From positions 33,170,001-33,234,000 of the forward strand of contig NC_043014.1 of assembly GCF_006345805.1 (NCBI RefSeq): DNA of 64,000 nt, given 5' to 3'. The DNA comes from Octopus sinensis (taxonomy: Eukaryota). The notes beneath the pieces are model-generated. The model saw only the letters and a program-made list of their open reading frames with translations. It was not told where the DNA came from and did no database searches. Below are positions 38,392-51,702 of the stretch, piece by piece (position 1 is the stretch's first letter; each line of letters opens with the position of its first letter). The translations under genes and the position numbers were made by a program.

Positions 38392-38769
38392 AGCGGCGTC
38401 AGTTAAAGAAGCCCAGCAATGATGAAGAATGTATAAAAAACTTCGCTACTCTAGATGACTGAAACGAATACGTAAACTCTTAAAAATCGGTTGTTTATTA
38501 TTTATTATTTAATTTGTGAAGCTGGCATTACTAAAAAGTAAACAAAAATTCTGTTATTTATTTGTAAAAGAAAATTATGAATGGAGTTATAAGCCTGGCT
38601 CGATAAAATTTAAATAAATATATTTGCACTATATTGTAGTGACTTAGTCAAGATAAATTTCGAAAAGATGCGATTTCTTGTCTGTTTTATTTAATCAATA
38701 ATAAGTAAAAAGCCTAATAAAGTTTGTACTTTCACCGTTATTGTTAGTGCCCTATTAATTGACGCCGCT
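38392..38769. mobile_element. Kolobok-type MITE (378 bp)
   Basis: TTAA|AGCGGCGTCAGTTAA...TTAATTGACGCCGCT|TTAA; TTAA TSD with purine-purine TIR start. Confidence 0.65.
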
Positions 38770-39049
38770 TTAAGTAAAGATTACCTTGACCTTGTATTTT
38801 GATTTTTGTAATGGTAGTGATAATTTCCACTTTATTATTTGGACACAAAATCACACATTTTAGTGTTGCCCATAATTTATTGACCCCGGAAACGTACTAG
38901 GCAAAGTTGACCCAAGTGGGAACTGAACTTAGAACGTAAAAAAAAAAGAAACTAAATTCTGCAAAGCATTTAATTATTGTCTTCTGATTTTAATTAAATT
39001 AGTTTCTCTGTTCTTTCCAATAGTTGTTTGATAAGCGTACAATTTTTGT

Positions 39050-39960
39050 TATAGTCTTTATTATACACAGGTTGGTCCCAAAGCACTTTTACTATTGGGA
39101 AACTTGAATTTTGTAGCAATGTTTTCTACTCCTTTCGGTCTTAGTCTTTCTTCATATCTCTGAGGATTTCATAATAATTCATATCTCAAGATCATCGAAC
39201 AAGCCTCTTCTTGGTTGCCTTCACTGTTTACCTTCCATTTTTCTCCAAACGTGCTTATTTTTGCAGACGATTCTGTCATCCTTCTGATGTGAGAGAACCA
39301 CTGCAGTGTTTTCCATTTTTCAGTTTCTATAAGTTTTCTCTCCCTAACCATCACATTAAATTGTTCCAAGTTTGACTGGTTGTACCAGTAACCCTACAAT
39401 GTAATACCAAGAATTCTGTAAAAAACATCTCGTTTCGAATGCTGGTAATTTCATCTCAATGTTTTTATCTACGTCCATATCTCACATCCATAAATACGAA
39501 TGCAGTCATCATAGATCGTATTCGTCTTAGTTTGTTACTCAATACAATGTTCTTACTGCTTAAATATTGTTTATTTCCATTGCTAATTCTGTTGTGGCTA
39601 TTGCAGTTTGTGTCTTTATCTCGATTTTGCATGAATGCATCCCCTGATTCTGACTGAATGTCATTGATTTTAACTGCATCCATGCTGGTACCATTGTTCT
39701 GTGTTGTTCTCCTGTCACAATGACCTGGTTTTTTTTCACAATTGATTTCCTTGTCTTATCTTACGTCTCTTTGCGACATCAGATAATTTGTCTAGCAATA
39801 TCAGCAAATTGTCATCATTCTTCCATCAGTCTACTGTGCCCTCCTATATAGTGCATCTGTCATAATTTATTTAGGTAAATTGAAAAGCTTTTTAAGCCCT
39901 TTGGGGCAGCTCCGTCTTACACCATTGCTTGTTTAACTCTTACATTGTTTCAATGTTGTT
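39050..39960 (-). mobile_element. Decayed RTE LINE fragment (approximate bounds)
   Basis: Minus-strand LQWFSHIRRM...GN motif and a degenerate FAD-I motif near 39800. Confidence 0.5.
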
Positions 39961-40744
39961 TAGAACTGCACAAATACTTTCCTCATATAGCTTTTACAGT
40001 TTTCTGATTAGATGCATTGGGATATTGTATTTATTTATGATACACCTCAACGCTTCTCTTCTTAACTTATCAAAAGTTGTTTGGAAGTCAACAAATGTAT
40101 GGTATAATTACTTTTGATGGTTTCTGTATTCTTTAGCATGTTCTCATGTTTTGCACTACTGCAGCTGTCTTAGAACCTTACTGCTGGTAACCAGGTAATT
40201 CAGTGCTAGCTACGTGCTCATGGTCGAGTGGTTAGCAACTTAACTAATCCCCTACTAGTCTTTCCCTACTGAGCAGGATCTGTTAGCATTTGGCAAGATT
40301 GGACTACTCCTACCACTCAGAAAAAAAAAGCCTGTGAAAGGTTAATGAGTTTTACTTGAGCTAGTGGCTATAATAACCCGAGGAGGAGCCATAGAAATAC
40401 CAACTTCTTGGAAACTCTTGAATTAAATACTGTGTAGCACCTTGGGCAAGTATTTTCTATTGTTGTCTCTGTTCAACCAATGCCTTGCAAGTGAATTTGG
40501 TAGATGGAAACAGTGGTTTTCTATAGTAAGAAAGATAAGGGGTTTCAAGAAAAAGTTGATGAAGCGTGCAGTTCTGGTCACATTTAAATACAATAGCAGA
40601 ATTGTGCTGTTAGAGAGATGGTGGGTAGTGGTGATGTCTTTAGTGAATTGGGCAGTCAAGGTATGGTTTTTGTATGTCAGAGGCAGTTGTGCATTTGCGC
40701 GCACACACACATTGTGCTTCCAGAATCTCAATTTTGCTGAGGTG

Positions 40745-42120
40745 AGTGTATCTTCTTGAGAACTGCATATTGCCAGTTATATCAGTCCTTTGTCTTCTGC
40801 ATGAGGTTTACCACTTTGTCCTATACCTTCCTGGGTTTCTCCACTTCCGTGGGTCCCATCCACATTAAGTGATAGGCACTTTGTAGTGCAACTGTCCGCA
40901 TCCATACATATCACTTGTCCATACCTTTGTAGTCTTCTTTCTTGCATGTCATTGGATTCCTCTCATGTCTCCTGCCCAGTTTTTCTCTCAACAGATTTGC
41001 ACTTTGTTGTTCAGGCCCAATTACACTGCACATCCAATGGAGCATGCTAGCTTCATTTCTCTGCAGCTCTTTTTCATGTTTTGTGTATTTAAGACCCATA
41101 TCTCACCTCCCTGCAGCATCGCAGTTCTAAATCCAAGCATCATACAATCTACTTTTCACTTTAAGGGAAAATACTTGTTGCCATCACCAGTAGAAGCTTC
41201 CTGAATTTTTCTAACTGATTCTTACCCTGGTTACTGTACTTTTTGTTAAGTACCTCTCCTGCTAATTACATCTAGGTAACAAAAGCTACTTCTAGTGAGC
41301 CAACTGGGCATATAAGAGAATCTGTTTCTGCTGTACTCATAGTACATATTGCTCCCAGTGCATCAGTCATAGATGAAACTTATTTTCACTTTGTTTGCCT
41401 GTGATTCCACTACACCTCTTGTACGTCCATAGCTTACTTTGAGTATAGCATATGGTGTTTACACCTACCTCCTTTTATGCATATTGAGGAAGGCCATTTC
41501 CTTGAAGATACCAATGTCATGACTTCTTCCTTATTCACTCTTTGCTAAGTATACCCTGAGGCCTCTCAATCTTAGGTTTAACTTCTACGTCTGTACTTTC
41601 CTCTGTAATTCCCAAATAGATTCAATTATGAGAACTAGATCATCAGCATACAGGAGTTCTTATGGACAACTAGGCTTGAACTCCTCTGTAATGACCCATA
41701 GGACCATCTGTAATGATAAACATGAAATTTTGTCAGCCCATCCAGGACTCCTGTGTCTCAGCCTACTTTTGCTCTACATAGAATTATTTTACCTTTTTGG
41801 AATCAGGGTGATTATGGGATTAAAAATCTGCCCTTCACTTCGTTCTTGGATATCCAGCATTGGGATGAGGATTTGTTATATGCTAACAGTTGCATCTTTG
41901 TATATAGTTTGTACAGTTTTCACAAGCCACTCATCTTCATGTAGTTTTCTTTGTGACCACCAGATTACTGAAAGGGGATACCCTGTGAAATACCTTTTCT
42001 AAGTTTCTCTTGCAGTTCTCTCACTAGGAATATTGCATCTGTGGTACCTCTTCTGGGCTCAGGATCAAACTGCATCTCTCCTAGGTCTACTTTGTTACAG
42101 ATCACTTGTGCTGTGACTCT
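40745..42120 (-). mobile_element. Decayed RTE LINE fragment
   Basis: Minus-strand ELLYADDLVLI (~41640) and ELQRNEASMLHWMCSV...LLREKLG; many stops and frameshifts. Confidence 0.75.
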
Positions 42121-43340
42121 CTTCATCATCATCATCGTTTAACGTCCGCTTTCTGTGCTAGCATGGGTTGGACGATTTGACTGAGGGCTGGCGAACCAGA
42201 TGGCTGCACCAGGCTCCAATCTTGATCTGGCAGAGTTTCTACAGCTGGATGCCCTTCCTAATACCAATCACTCTGAGAGTGTAGTGGGTGCTTTTACATG
42301 CCACTGGCATGAGGGCCAGTCTGGCGATACTGGCAACGACCTCACTTGAATCTTTTTACACATGTCACCGGCACAGGTGCCAGTAAGGCGATGCTGGTAA
42401 TGATCACGCTCGATTGGTGCCTTTCATGTGCCACCGGCACAGAAACCAGTTAGCCGCTCTGGCAATGATCACACTTGGATGGTGCTCTTAGCACCCTACT
42501 AGCACGGGGCACAGGTGCCAGTAAGGCGATGCTGGTAATGATCACACTCGAATGGTGCCTTTCATGTGCCACTGGCATGGAAGCCAGTTAGCCGCTCTGT
42601 CAACGATTACACTTGTATGGTGCTCTTTGCATCCCGCTAGCACGGATGCCAATCATCGGATTTGATGTTGATTTCACTTGCCTCAACCACCTTCATAATC
42701 TGATTTAGTAGTTTGATTCTTCTTCTGTTTCTTCTCTCAGAAGTATCCCCATTACCATTTTTGCAGTTTATGATGAATACTATTACGCAGATCATTGGGT
42801 ATGACATCTTCCTCTGTAACTTATTTAACCGTCTGAGTGATAATCATGCGTACCACCTTCAGCAGCTATTTCAAGCATCTCTGCCACTATCTCTGATTGT
42901 ACTTTAGCTTTCCCTTTCTTCATGCCTTTGATTGATTTAGCTACCATGCTGCTGTCTACTTGAATTGCTGGGTCCTTTGTAGGGTCACTGTGAGGTGCTA
43001 GTGTATATATATATGTGTGGTTGTGTGTATGTATGACATAAGAACTGGAGTTACATCATCACCTTTATTAGCTTACAGTTGTTTCTGCTATAAAGAACTG
43101 TGCAACCAGAGTTGAGTGTCAGTGTGTCGTTATAACTTCCTGTCTATACGTGTATGTATGTGTGTATAATATATATATATATATATTTAAAATGAAATAA
43201 TATAGGTAGAAATTGATATTAATCAATTAAAACCAGTGGCTTAGCATATTTTAAAAATCCAAAGATTAAAAATTGTGTTACATACAAAAGTTAGGTAATG
43301 GCGATTTGACGTCTATGTTTAGCATATAGGCGTCCACTTT

Positions 43341-43355
43341 AGTGGTCAGTCCTCT

Positions 43356-43392
<37 letters not shown>
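43341..43392. repeat. (TA)n microsatellite (longest of many)
   Basis: About 50 bp of uninterrupted TA. Confidence 0.95.
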
Positions 43393-43415
<23 letters not shown>

Positions 43416-43947
43416 GATTCAGATGAATATGGTACTCAAGTTGAGGCACCAGAATTTAATATGGTAATTATCCATACAATTTAAAATAAGGTGATTAAAA
43501 TTAAAATAAGCAACAGAGGTAATGCAGTACGATCGTTTCATGCGACTCGCATGAAACGATCGTACTGCATTGCCTCTGGATAAGTGCTAAGCGGTGAATG
43601 CACAAATATAAAGTTATTACCAGTTCAAATATGCTTGAAACATTCGAACTCCTAACCCCCCCCCCAAAAAAAAAAAAACCAAACCATTCACTGTATTTTG
43701 TTATGGAGAAAAATTCTCACTGTGTAGACTAATAGGTGCAAATGCACTCCCTATCCAGATCGATATATATATATATGTCTCTTTCTCTCTCTCTGTGTCT
43801 CTGTATATGTATATATATATATATATATATAAGTTCAGCAAAAATTTAGATTCAAATGAATATGGTACTTAATTTAGATGCACCAGAATTTTGTATGGTG
43901 TTATCCATAAAAATCCGTGGGGTGATTATAATCACAATATATATATA

Positions 43948-43987
<40 letters not shown>

Positions 43988-45365
43988 GTGTGTGTATGAA
44001 TAAGGTGAAAAAATTGAGCACCTCTCAAGGAAAGTCAATGAACTTCGGATGTACAGGGAGAGAGAAAGGAAAGCACACACGCTTTTTAAAAAGTTTTCCC
44101 ACACGTGTTTTCATGTTGCTGTTTTTGTGTATCCCACGCAGATTTTTAATGACATTTCCCCTACTTTAGTGAGACACCATTGCTCCCGCTACCATAACTG
44201 CTAATGTATGTATATCTCTATGAGCCTACATCACGTGGCGCAACTTCAATGACAACAAGAAATAACAACAACGGTACCTCCACGACCACCGCCTTCCCTA
44301 CTTCCAACCGCCAGCTTCGTCACAATGGTTGTGTGGTCATGTAACTATTATACTCCACCGTTTTTGCTAATAATACCACTACTTCTTAGATCCTGTACGT
44401 GATCAGTCGATTTGCTAAAAGGAGTAGCCAAATCTCCTTTAAAGTTCACCTTATCGTCTATTTAAAGGGAAGACATAGCATTAGGTTGTCTAAGATAGCC
44501 CCAAAGAAACAGGACGGTCATATATGGAATGACTTTGATCATAGGCTTACTCAATCAAAGCTGACCTGGTGCTAAACAACAACCACGTTGTTACCGTCTC
44601 TCTCACTATCACCATTCATCGTAATCACTACCGATCGGTCCAACAAGGGAGTCTGAAAGGAGCGTGTAGGTTCACTACATCATTTAGAAATAGCAGCCAA
44701 ACCCTCCTTCAAATCATATTCTGCTTCCTTTGGAAAAAAAGTGATCCTTGGTACATTATGTCTAATAGAGGTGATGGTCACGGTTGGAACAGCTTTAAAC
44801 GTATGCCTGCAGCATCAGAGCTGACCTGGGCTAAGCAACCACTGCTCTCATTCACCCCCCAACCATTTCATTGACATTGATTTAAAAAAAACGAGTTCAC
44901 CGTTGCCAAAAATATGCAGAGAAACAAACACAATATCCCCTCCCTTTCTATCTAAGTCACTAATATTTCTAAGTAAACAGATCTTGGTTTGCTTTCATTT
45001 GTTGACGAAATATTCACATAGGCACTTATGTGTACATGCATGTGGATATGAGCTTATATAGACGTACATATTTATTATATGCGTATACATTGGACGTTCA
45101 CTCGATATATAATACTACCACGTGGCTTGTAAATTGAAAAGTTTGAATATTGCCTTTCTTACTGGACACTGTGCATGTGTTTATGTAACGCTTGTGTGCG
45201 CGCACGCGTATATACGTCTGTATGTGTGTGTATATATATTGGTGATGCTAACAGGAAAATTAGAACTCAAAATATGAATAGTCATGACTAGTCGATCTTT
45301 ACTTTGTGTTTTTGTGTTTTATTTACTTTGTTTAACAAAAAAATATTTACTTTGTGTTAAAGATT

Positions 45366-46219
45366 GGATCTTTTCGGTTTGAACGGCAGTTATTTCTAGC
45401 GGTGTCATATGAAATTGTCACCCATAATTATGACCCTAGTATCGATCTATTGCATTTCTTTCAATCTGTTTTAGGGTTAGGGGTGGGGGAAAGGGTAGCT
45501 TTTTTTTCTTTGCAAATGTAAATAAACCCAATCTGTTTCTTAAACGAGGGACTTATTCATACGGCACAGAATGTTTTTTTTTACCTCAATAGACGTCAGT
45601 GATTGGTTGAAATTGCAGAAATTGAAGAAAAAGAAGACAACAAATATCTTACAAACTATAGAATTTTCTCAATAAAGCCAAGAGAAAAAGATGTTTGGCA
45701 ATCTTTCGTCTCTTTCCGTCGATTTCCGTAAAAAATTTTTTTCTTTTTACATATGGGCTTGCGGGAACTTTTGAAGTAATGAGAGCGAAAGAGACTAAGA
45801 GAAAGCGATTGTATGATGAGGGAAGCTCTTTTGAAGTTACTGTGCATGTGAAGCATTGATGTACATGTGTGTGTGTGTGTGTGTGTGTGTTTGATGGGGT
45901 GTGGGAGACAGACAGTATGTTGTGTAAGTGAAGTGCTTCTGTTAGTGTGTGTGAAGAGACAGAGTAATGTGTGAAAGAAAGAGATAACTGAAATTTTTTA
46001 CTCGGTGTATGTGTATATGTATGTATATTACTTCAAAAGTTCCCGCAAGCCCATATGTAAAAAAAAAAAAAAAATTTTTACGGAAATCGACGGAAAGGTC
46101 TACTAGAGACGAAAAATCGCCAGATGTTTTATAAACACGTTCTACCAGTATGCGTAGTTTAAAATTTTTTAGTTACCTAGAAATTATGTTAAAAACTGCC
46201 GTTCAAACTGAAAAGATCC
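45366..46219. mobile_element. GGATC-TIR MITE interrupted by a second MITE at 45697-46121
   Basis: Same TIRs as 54032-54467; the inner element has ~85-bp GGC..GCC TIRs and an 8-bp TSD AGATGTTT. Confidence 0.85.
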
Positions 46220-47354
46220 AAAATTATTTATTTTGTGTTTTATTTACTTTGCTTGGCAGTCGTTGTAGGATCGACTAGTCACGACTAGCTAGCGCGGATA
46301 CGCAAGTGCGTTCAACGGGACCACTGTTCTTTAAGTAGTACCAATATATATATTTTTATTAATATTTAGTAAAAGCAATAGAGTGACTCAAGGGCTGTAA
46401 GTGTCGTGTGTTGTTACTTATCGAACTTGTATGTGTGTGTGCGTGCCTTAACACACACAAGGTGAATGGAAATATAATAAAACTGTCAAATTTAATTATT
46501 TAAATATCCTAAATATCAACGAAAAGAAAAGCAAGTTTCTTATTAACTAACAATAAATATACACGGCTTGTACAAAATGACAATACAATTGATTTAATGC
46601 CATTACACGTAATTGGGAAAATATCAATTATCAAAGAAACAAGAACCACAAACAAGCAATTAAATCAGGCATTTATTGAAGCTTCGTATGGCCTTTTTAT
46701 CTGACTTTTTATTCCTTGACATTTTCCCTCGACTCAATATATATTTATATAAAATCATCATTTGATGCCTGTTTTCTATGCTGGTATGAGTTAGACGGCT
46801 TGACCGGAGCTGCACCAGGCTGCAGCCATCTGTTTTGGCTTAGTTTCTACGGATGGATGCCCTTCCTAACGGCAATCACTTTACAGAGTCACTGGCACGG
46901 GTGCCCTTCTGCGTGTCAACGGCGGAGTTAGCAGATCCTTTTAATACTTTGCTAACTCCGTTTTTTGATATTTGTCATGGGTATTTGTGGATCTTCAGAT
47001 AATTCGATTGGCAGAGTGAAAAATCATCTCCACTTTTCAATTTTGTGATAGCCTTATACCTGTGGAAGAGCTTTATTAGGACTATATATCGCCATATATA
47101 TATATATATATGTGACACTTCTGTCCGGCATTTGCCATTATAGATCGGTAGCCACTACACATTTTTTTCTCTCCTTGCTTCTTTCTGTGCTCCTTTCTGT
47201 AAAAGAGCGTAGGCTCGAAACGTTAAAGACTTTTCAATTCCCGAGCATTTTATGTTAATACATCTGTTTGTTTTCTACATCACCTGTCTTCGTCTTTTGT
47301 TTTTTTTTTCGTGACCCCCCCCTACACACACACACACATATATACACACACACA

Positions 47355-47839
47355 AAGTAATCCCTCGACTATCGCGGGTATTATTTTCCAAAACGCTCTG
47401 CAATTGGTGAAAATCCGCGAAGTGGAAACAGTACTGTATATTTTTAAAAAAATATTTTTGTAATTTGTATATATTTATTTTATTCTAAATGCAAAACAAC
47501 ACCTCACACTCTCCTCCCGAGTTTCGTTTTCCATACAGTGTCTGCGATTCTTTGTTTTCTCATCAACGGTACACTACGTATTTTCTATTAATCTATTTTA
47601 ATTAATGTGTTATACAATGCAGTACTTTACTGTATTTTTATTTATTAATTTTTAGGCGTGAAAATGTTTTTTTTTTACCACAGAAATTATTAAAATCTAA
47701 AAAATACAAATACCCATCGACCGCAGAAACCCGCGATATACAGAGGAGTCCGCGATATAAATTTACATATATTAGCTGGAAAAATCCGCGATGTACTAAG
47801 GGCGCGATAGGTGAACCGCGATATGGCGAGTGATTACTG
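47355..47839. mobile_element. pogo/Tigger-like MITE
   Basis: AAGTAATCCCTCGACTATCGCGG...CCGCGATATGGCGAGTGATTACTG|TA inverted termini. Confidence 0.65.
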
Positions 47840-47847
47840 TATATATA

Positions 47848-49054
47848 TGTCGGGTCATTCCACAAGTAATGTCCGGACTTCTATATTTTCAATTTGTAAA
47901 TGCTTTAACAGTATTTTAGAATGTCCAATGACATCAAGTGATATTACATGTATTTGGACATATTTAAACTAATTAAATTTTATTTTGCAGCATAATCTAA
48001 TTGAAATTTCACTAATTATAGCTCCTGAAACCTGGAAGTGTCTAAGGAGCATTTGAGGTACATAATGCTTTATGAGTTTAAAAAAGGGAACTCTGTAACT
48101 GAAGTGACTCGAAATATTCACTCAGCTTATGGAGAAGAAAGCCAGAATGAAAGACCTTCCAGAAGAGGGTTTGTAAAATTCAGAAGTGGAGATTTCAGCC
48201 TTGAACACGAGGCCCGAATAGGATGTCCAATTGAGTTTGATGACAAGCTCCTTTTGGCAGAACTTAAAAAAGATCATGCATCTTCAGTTGAAGAATTGGC
48301 AAGCAAGCTTTGTTCAAGCCATACAACTGTTTATTGATAACTTCAACAGTGTGGAAAGGTCCCAAAACTCGGAAAATGGGTGCCTTGTGATTTGTCTGAA
48401 ACCAACTGCAAATCCCGAGTGGACATCTACTCTTCTTTTCGTTCTTGTGAACTAATCTCGCCCTTTTTGGACAGACTGTTGACCTGTGAGGAAAAATGGG
48501 TCTTTTATCAAAATGTGAAGTGTCGTACCCATTGGCTTAGTAAAGGATAAAAGGCCCAACCACAAGCGAAAAGGGAACTCCATGGGAAGAAGGTTCTTCT
48601 CTCTGTTTGGTGGGATTGCAAAGGAGTCATCCATTGCTACCAACTAATGCAACAATCAATGTTCAAATCTATTGTCAGCAAGCAGAGCAATTGAACGCTG
48701 CTTTGAAAAAAAAAAAAGGGCCAGCTTTAGTGAATCGAAAGGGAGTAGTGTTTCATCAGGGCAATGCAAGACCCCCACACTGCAAAGATCACATCACAGA
48801 CCTTGCTCCTTCCAATTACCATTTGTTCCATAGTTTACAGAATCATTTGGATGAATTAACTCTAGAAACAACTAGAGAAGTCGAAACTGACCTTTCAGAG
48901 TGCTACTCTTCGAAACTGAAAAGGTTTTCCACTAATGGGATTAAAAAGCTTACGAGTACATGAAAAGACGCCATGGAAACTATATTGATGATTAAGTTTC
49001 ATTTAAATGTTTTCGTTATTAAAATCCGGACATTACTTATAGGATGACCTGATA
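47848..49054 (+). mobile_element. Near-full-length dead mariner element (1207 bp)
   Basis: TA-flanked ~33-bp TIRs; frameshifted transposase SKEHLRYIMLYEF..., WVP, TCEEKW, HQGNARP, LAPSNYHLF. All three catalytic Asp positions are altered (E, G, N). Confidence 0.92.
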
Positions 49055-51552
49055 TATGTTCAATCGAAGTGGATTGCTATCGTATGTAACACGCAATACA
49101 GAATACGAATGTAGAGTTTAACTTTTTCTTTCTCTGTGCGTGTATGTTCATTTTTTTATGCGCCCTTTTCAAACCTAGCCAGGCTTGGTTTCTGTGGCGT
49201 ATGTGTTCCCCCTAGCTGGACGGGACGCCAGTCCATCGTAGCGTTACTCAAGAAACAGGAAGAAAGTGTGGGAGAAAGAGTACAACAGGGGTCGCCACCA
49301 CCCCCTACCGGAACCTCGTGGAGCTTTAGGTGTTTTCGCTCAGTAAACACACACAACACCCGGTCTGGGAATCGAAACCGCGATCCTCCGACCGCGAGTC
49401 CGCTGCCCTAACCATTGCGCCTCCACGTATGTTCTTTGATTTTATCCAAACTATAGATCAAACATGGCCAACGTCTTTCAAGAAACGGGCCCCTCTGCTA
49501 AAAAGAAAAAAGAAAGAAAAAATCTGGGTAATTTTTCGTTAGGTGTGCCATTCAGAAAGCCAGCGGGTCGAAGCTTGCCCATTACTGTTTGTAGATGTTT
49601 GTACAGATATGAATGTTTAATCTTCCTCGTTTTTGTGACATTTGTCATTCTATACACGCTCGGTCACACACATGCATTCACAGAAAAGTAATCCCTAGAG
49701 TTGATAACATCAAAGAAAACAGTTTTGACTGTTCTTAATTCGTTACTTACACTTCGACACATCTAACACTTTTGTTATAAATTAATGATTTATGTAAATG
49801 TTATGTGAAGGGGCATGGCTCAGTAGTTAGAGCGTCGGGCTCACAATCATGAGGCAGTGAGTTTGATTCTCGGACTGAGCGTTGTGTTCTTGTGCAAGAT
49901 ACTTTATTTCGTGTTGCTCCAGTTCACTCAGCTGTAGAAATGAGTTGCAACGTCACTAGTGCCAAACTGTATCTACCTTTTCCTTGAATAACAACAGTGG
50001 CGTAGAGAGGGGAGGCAGGTATGTATGGGCGTCTACTGGTCTTCTATAAACAACCTTGCCCGGACTTTTACCTCAGAGGGGAACTTTCTAGGTGCATCCC
50101 GTGGTTATTCATGATTGAAGGGAATCTTATATATTTATTATACACATACACACTCAACTATACAATGGTCTTTCAGTTTCTGCCTACCAAATTGACTTGC
50201 AACACTTAGGTAGGTCTAGTGCAATAGAAGGCACTTGTGACCGAAATGGGTCTTTATAAGTGTTACATATTGGACCAAAAACGAAGCTTTTCTCTAGACT
50301 GTAATATATACAATGTAACACACACAATGACCCATATAAAGAAAGCGGCTGATAGGTACTTGAATAAATAAATTTAACGAAGCAAAAATATGCACAAGGT
50401 TCCATAGAGAAATTCGAGATTGTTTTTTTTTTCCCAGTTATGCGAAGAAAAAATAGTTTATTCATAGTTATCAATCTGTTGCAAAAATTCAAAAATACTG
50501 TTAAGAGGAATTAATATGAAATGGATGTTTATAAAATACCGAGGAACTAAAATAATAAAAAAAAAAGAGCAAGATTTTAACCTAATTCTACTTATAGAAT
50601 TGCAATGTTTTCGGCATACTGGCAGAATGAAATTTCCTAGAATAAAATTGTTTTTATGACGACATTTCGAAATGAGTTCAGTCCTAGTAGTCAACCATTT
50701 GAGAAGAAACGCGAGCGTGTATACACGCACGCACGCACCATGTTCTGGCTGTGATAAGAAGTTTGCTTCCCAACCACATGGTTCCAGGTTCAGGCCTCTG
50801 CATGATACTTTATGCAAGTGTCTTCTACTGTAGCCTCGGGTCGAGCAAAAGCCTTGTGAATGGATTTGGTTTACTGAAACCGATAGAAGCACGTCATCTA
50901 TATATATATATATATATATTTATTTGTGTGTGTGTCCTTATGTCGCAAACACTACGACAATCGGTGTTGGTGTGAAAGACGTCTCCGTAATGTAGCGTCA
51001 CGACAAAGAGACCTATAGAATAAGTACCAAGCTTTAAAAAAAAAAAAGTACTCGGGGTAGTTCGCTCGTCTAAGTTGGTGCCCAACATGACCGCAGTCTG
51101 ATGACAAACAAGTAAAAGATATATATGTTTAATGTACTGTTCCGTGATGGTAAGATCAACAAAAAAAGTACTCCATCTGGTGAGAGATACATATTATTTA
51201 ATAGACACGACACATCTTTTTACTACCAGTAGCACATAAAACCATGTATTGTCTATGAAATAATTATGCACCAACATACCTATATACCCCCCCATATATA
51301 TATATATATATAACGACCGTTGTCCATGCTGGCATTAGTTGGACGGTTTGATCAGAGCTGGCAAGTGGGGAAGCTGCCCCAGGTTCCAGTCCGATTTGCC
51401 ATGGTTTCTATGGCTGGATGCCCTTCTCAACGCTAACCCCTTTGCAGAGTGTGTTGGGTGCTTTTACGTGACACTGCACGGGCGCTCTTATATGTTGCCG
51501 CACGAGCATTTTTACACAGCGCCCTGAGGTCGCTTACATATATATATATACA

Positions 51553-51553
<1 letters not shown>

Positions 51554-51645
<92 letters not shown>

Positions 51646-51659
51646 ATATATATTATATA

Positions 51660-51702
<43 letters not shown>
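51554..51702. repeat. Compound (TC)n-(TA)n-(GA)n microsatellite
   Basis: Directly visible; self-complementary arrangement. Confidence 0.9.
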
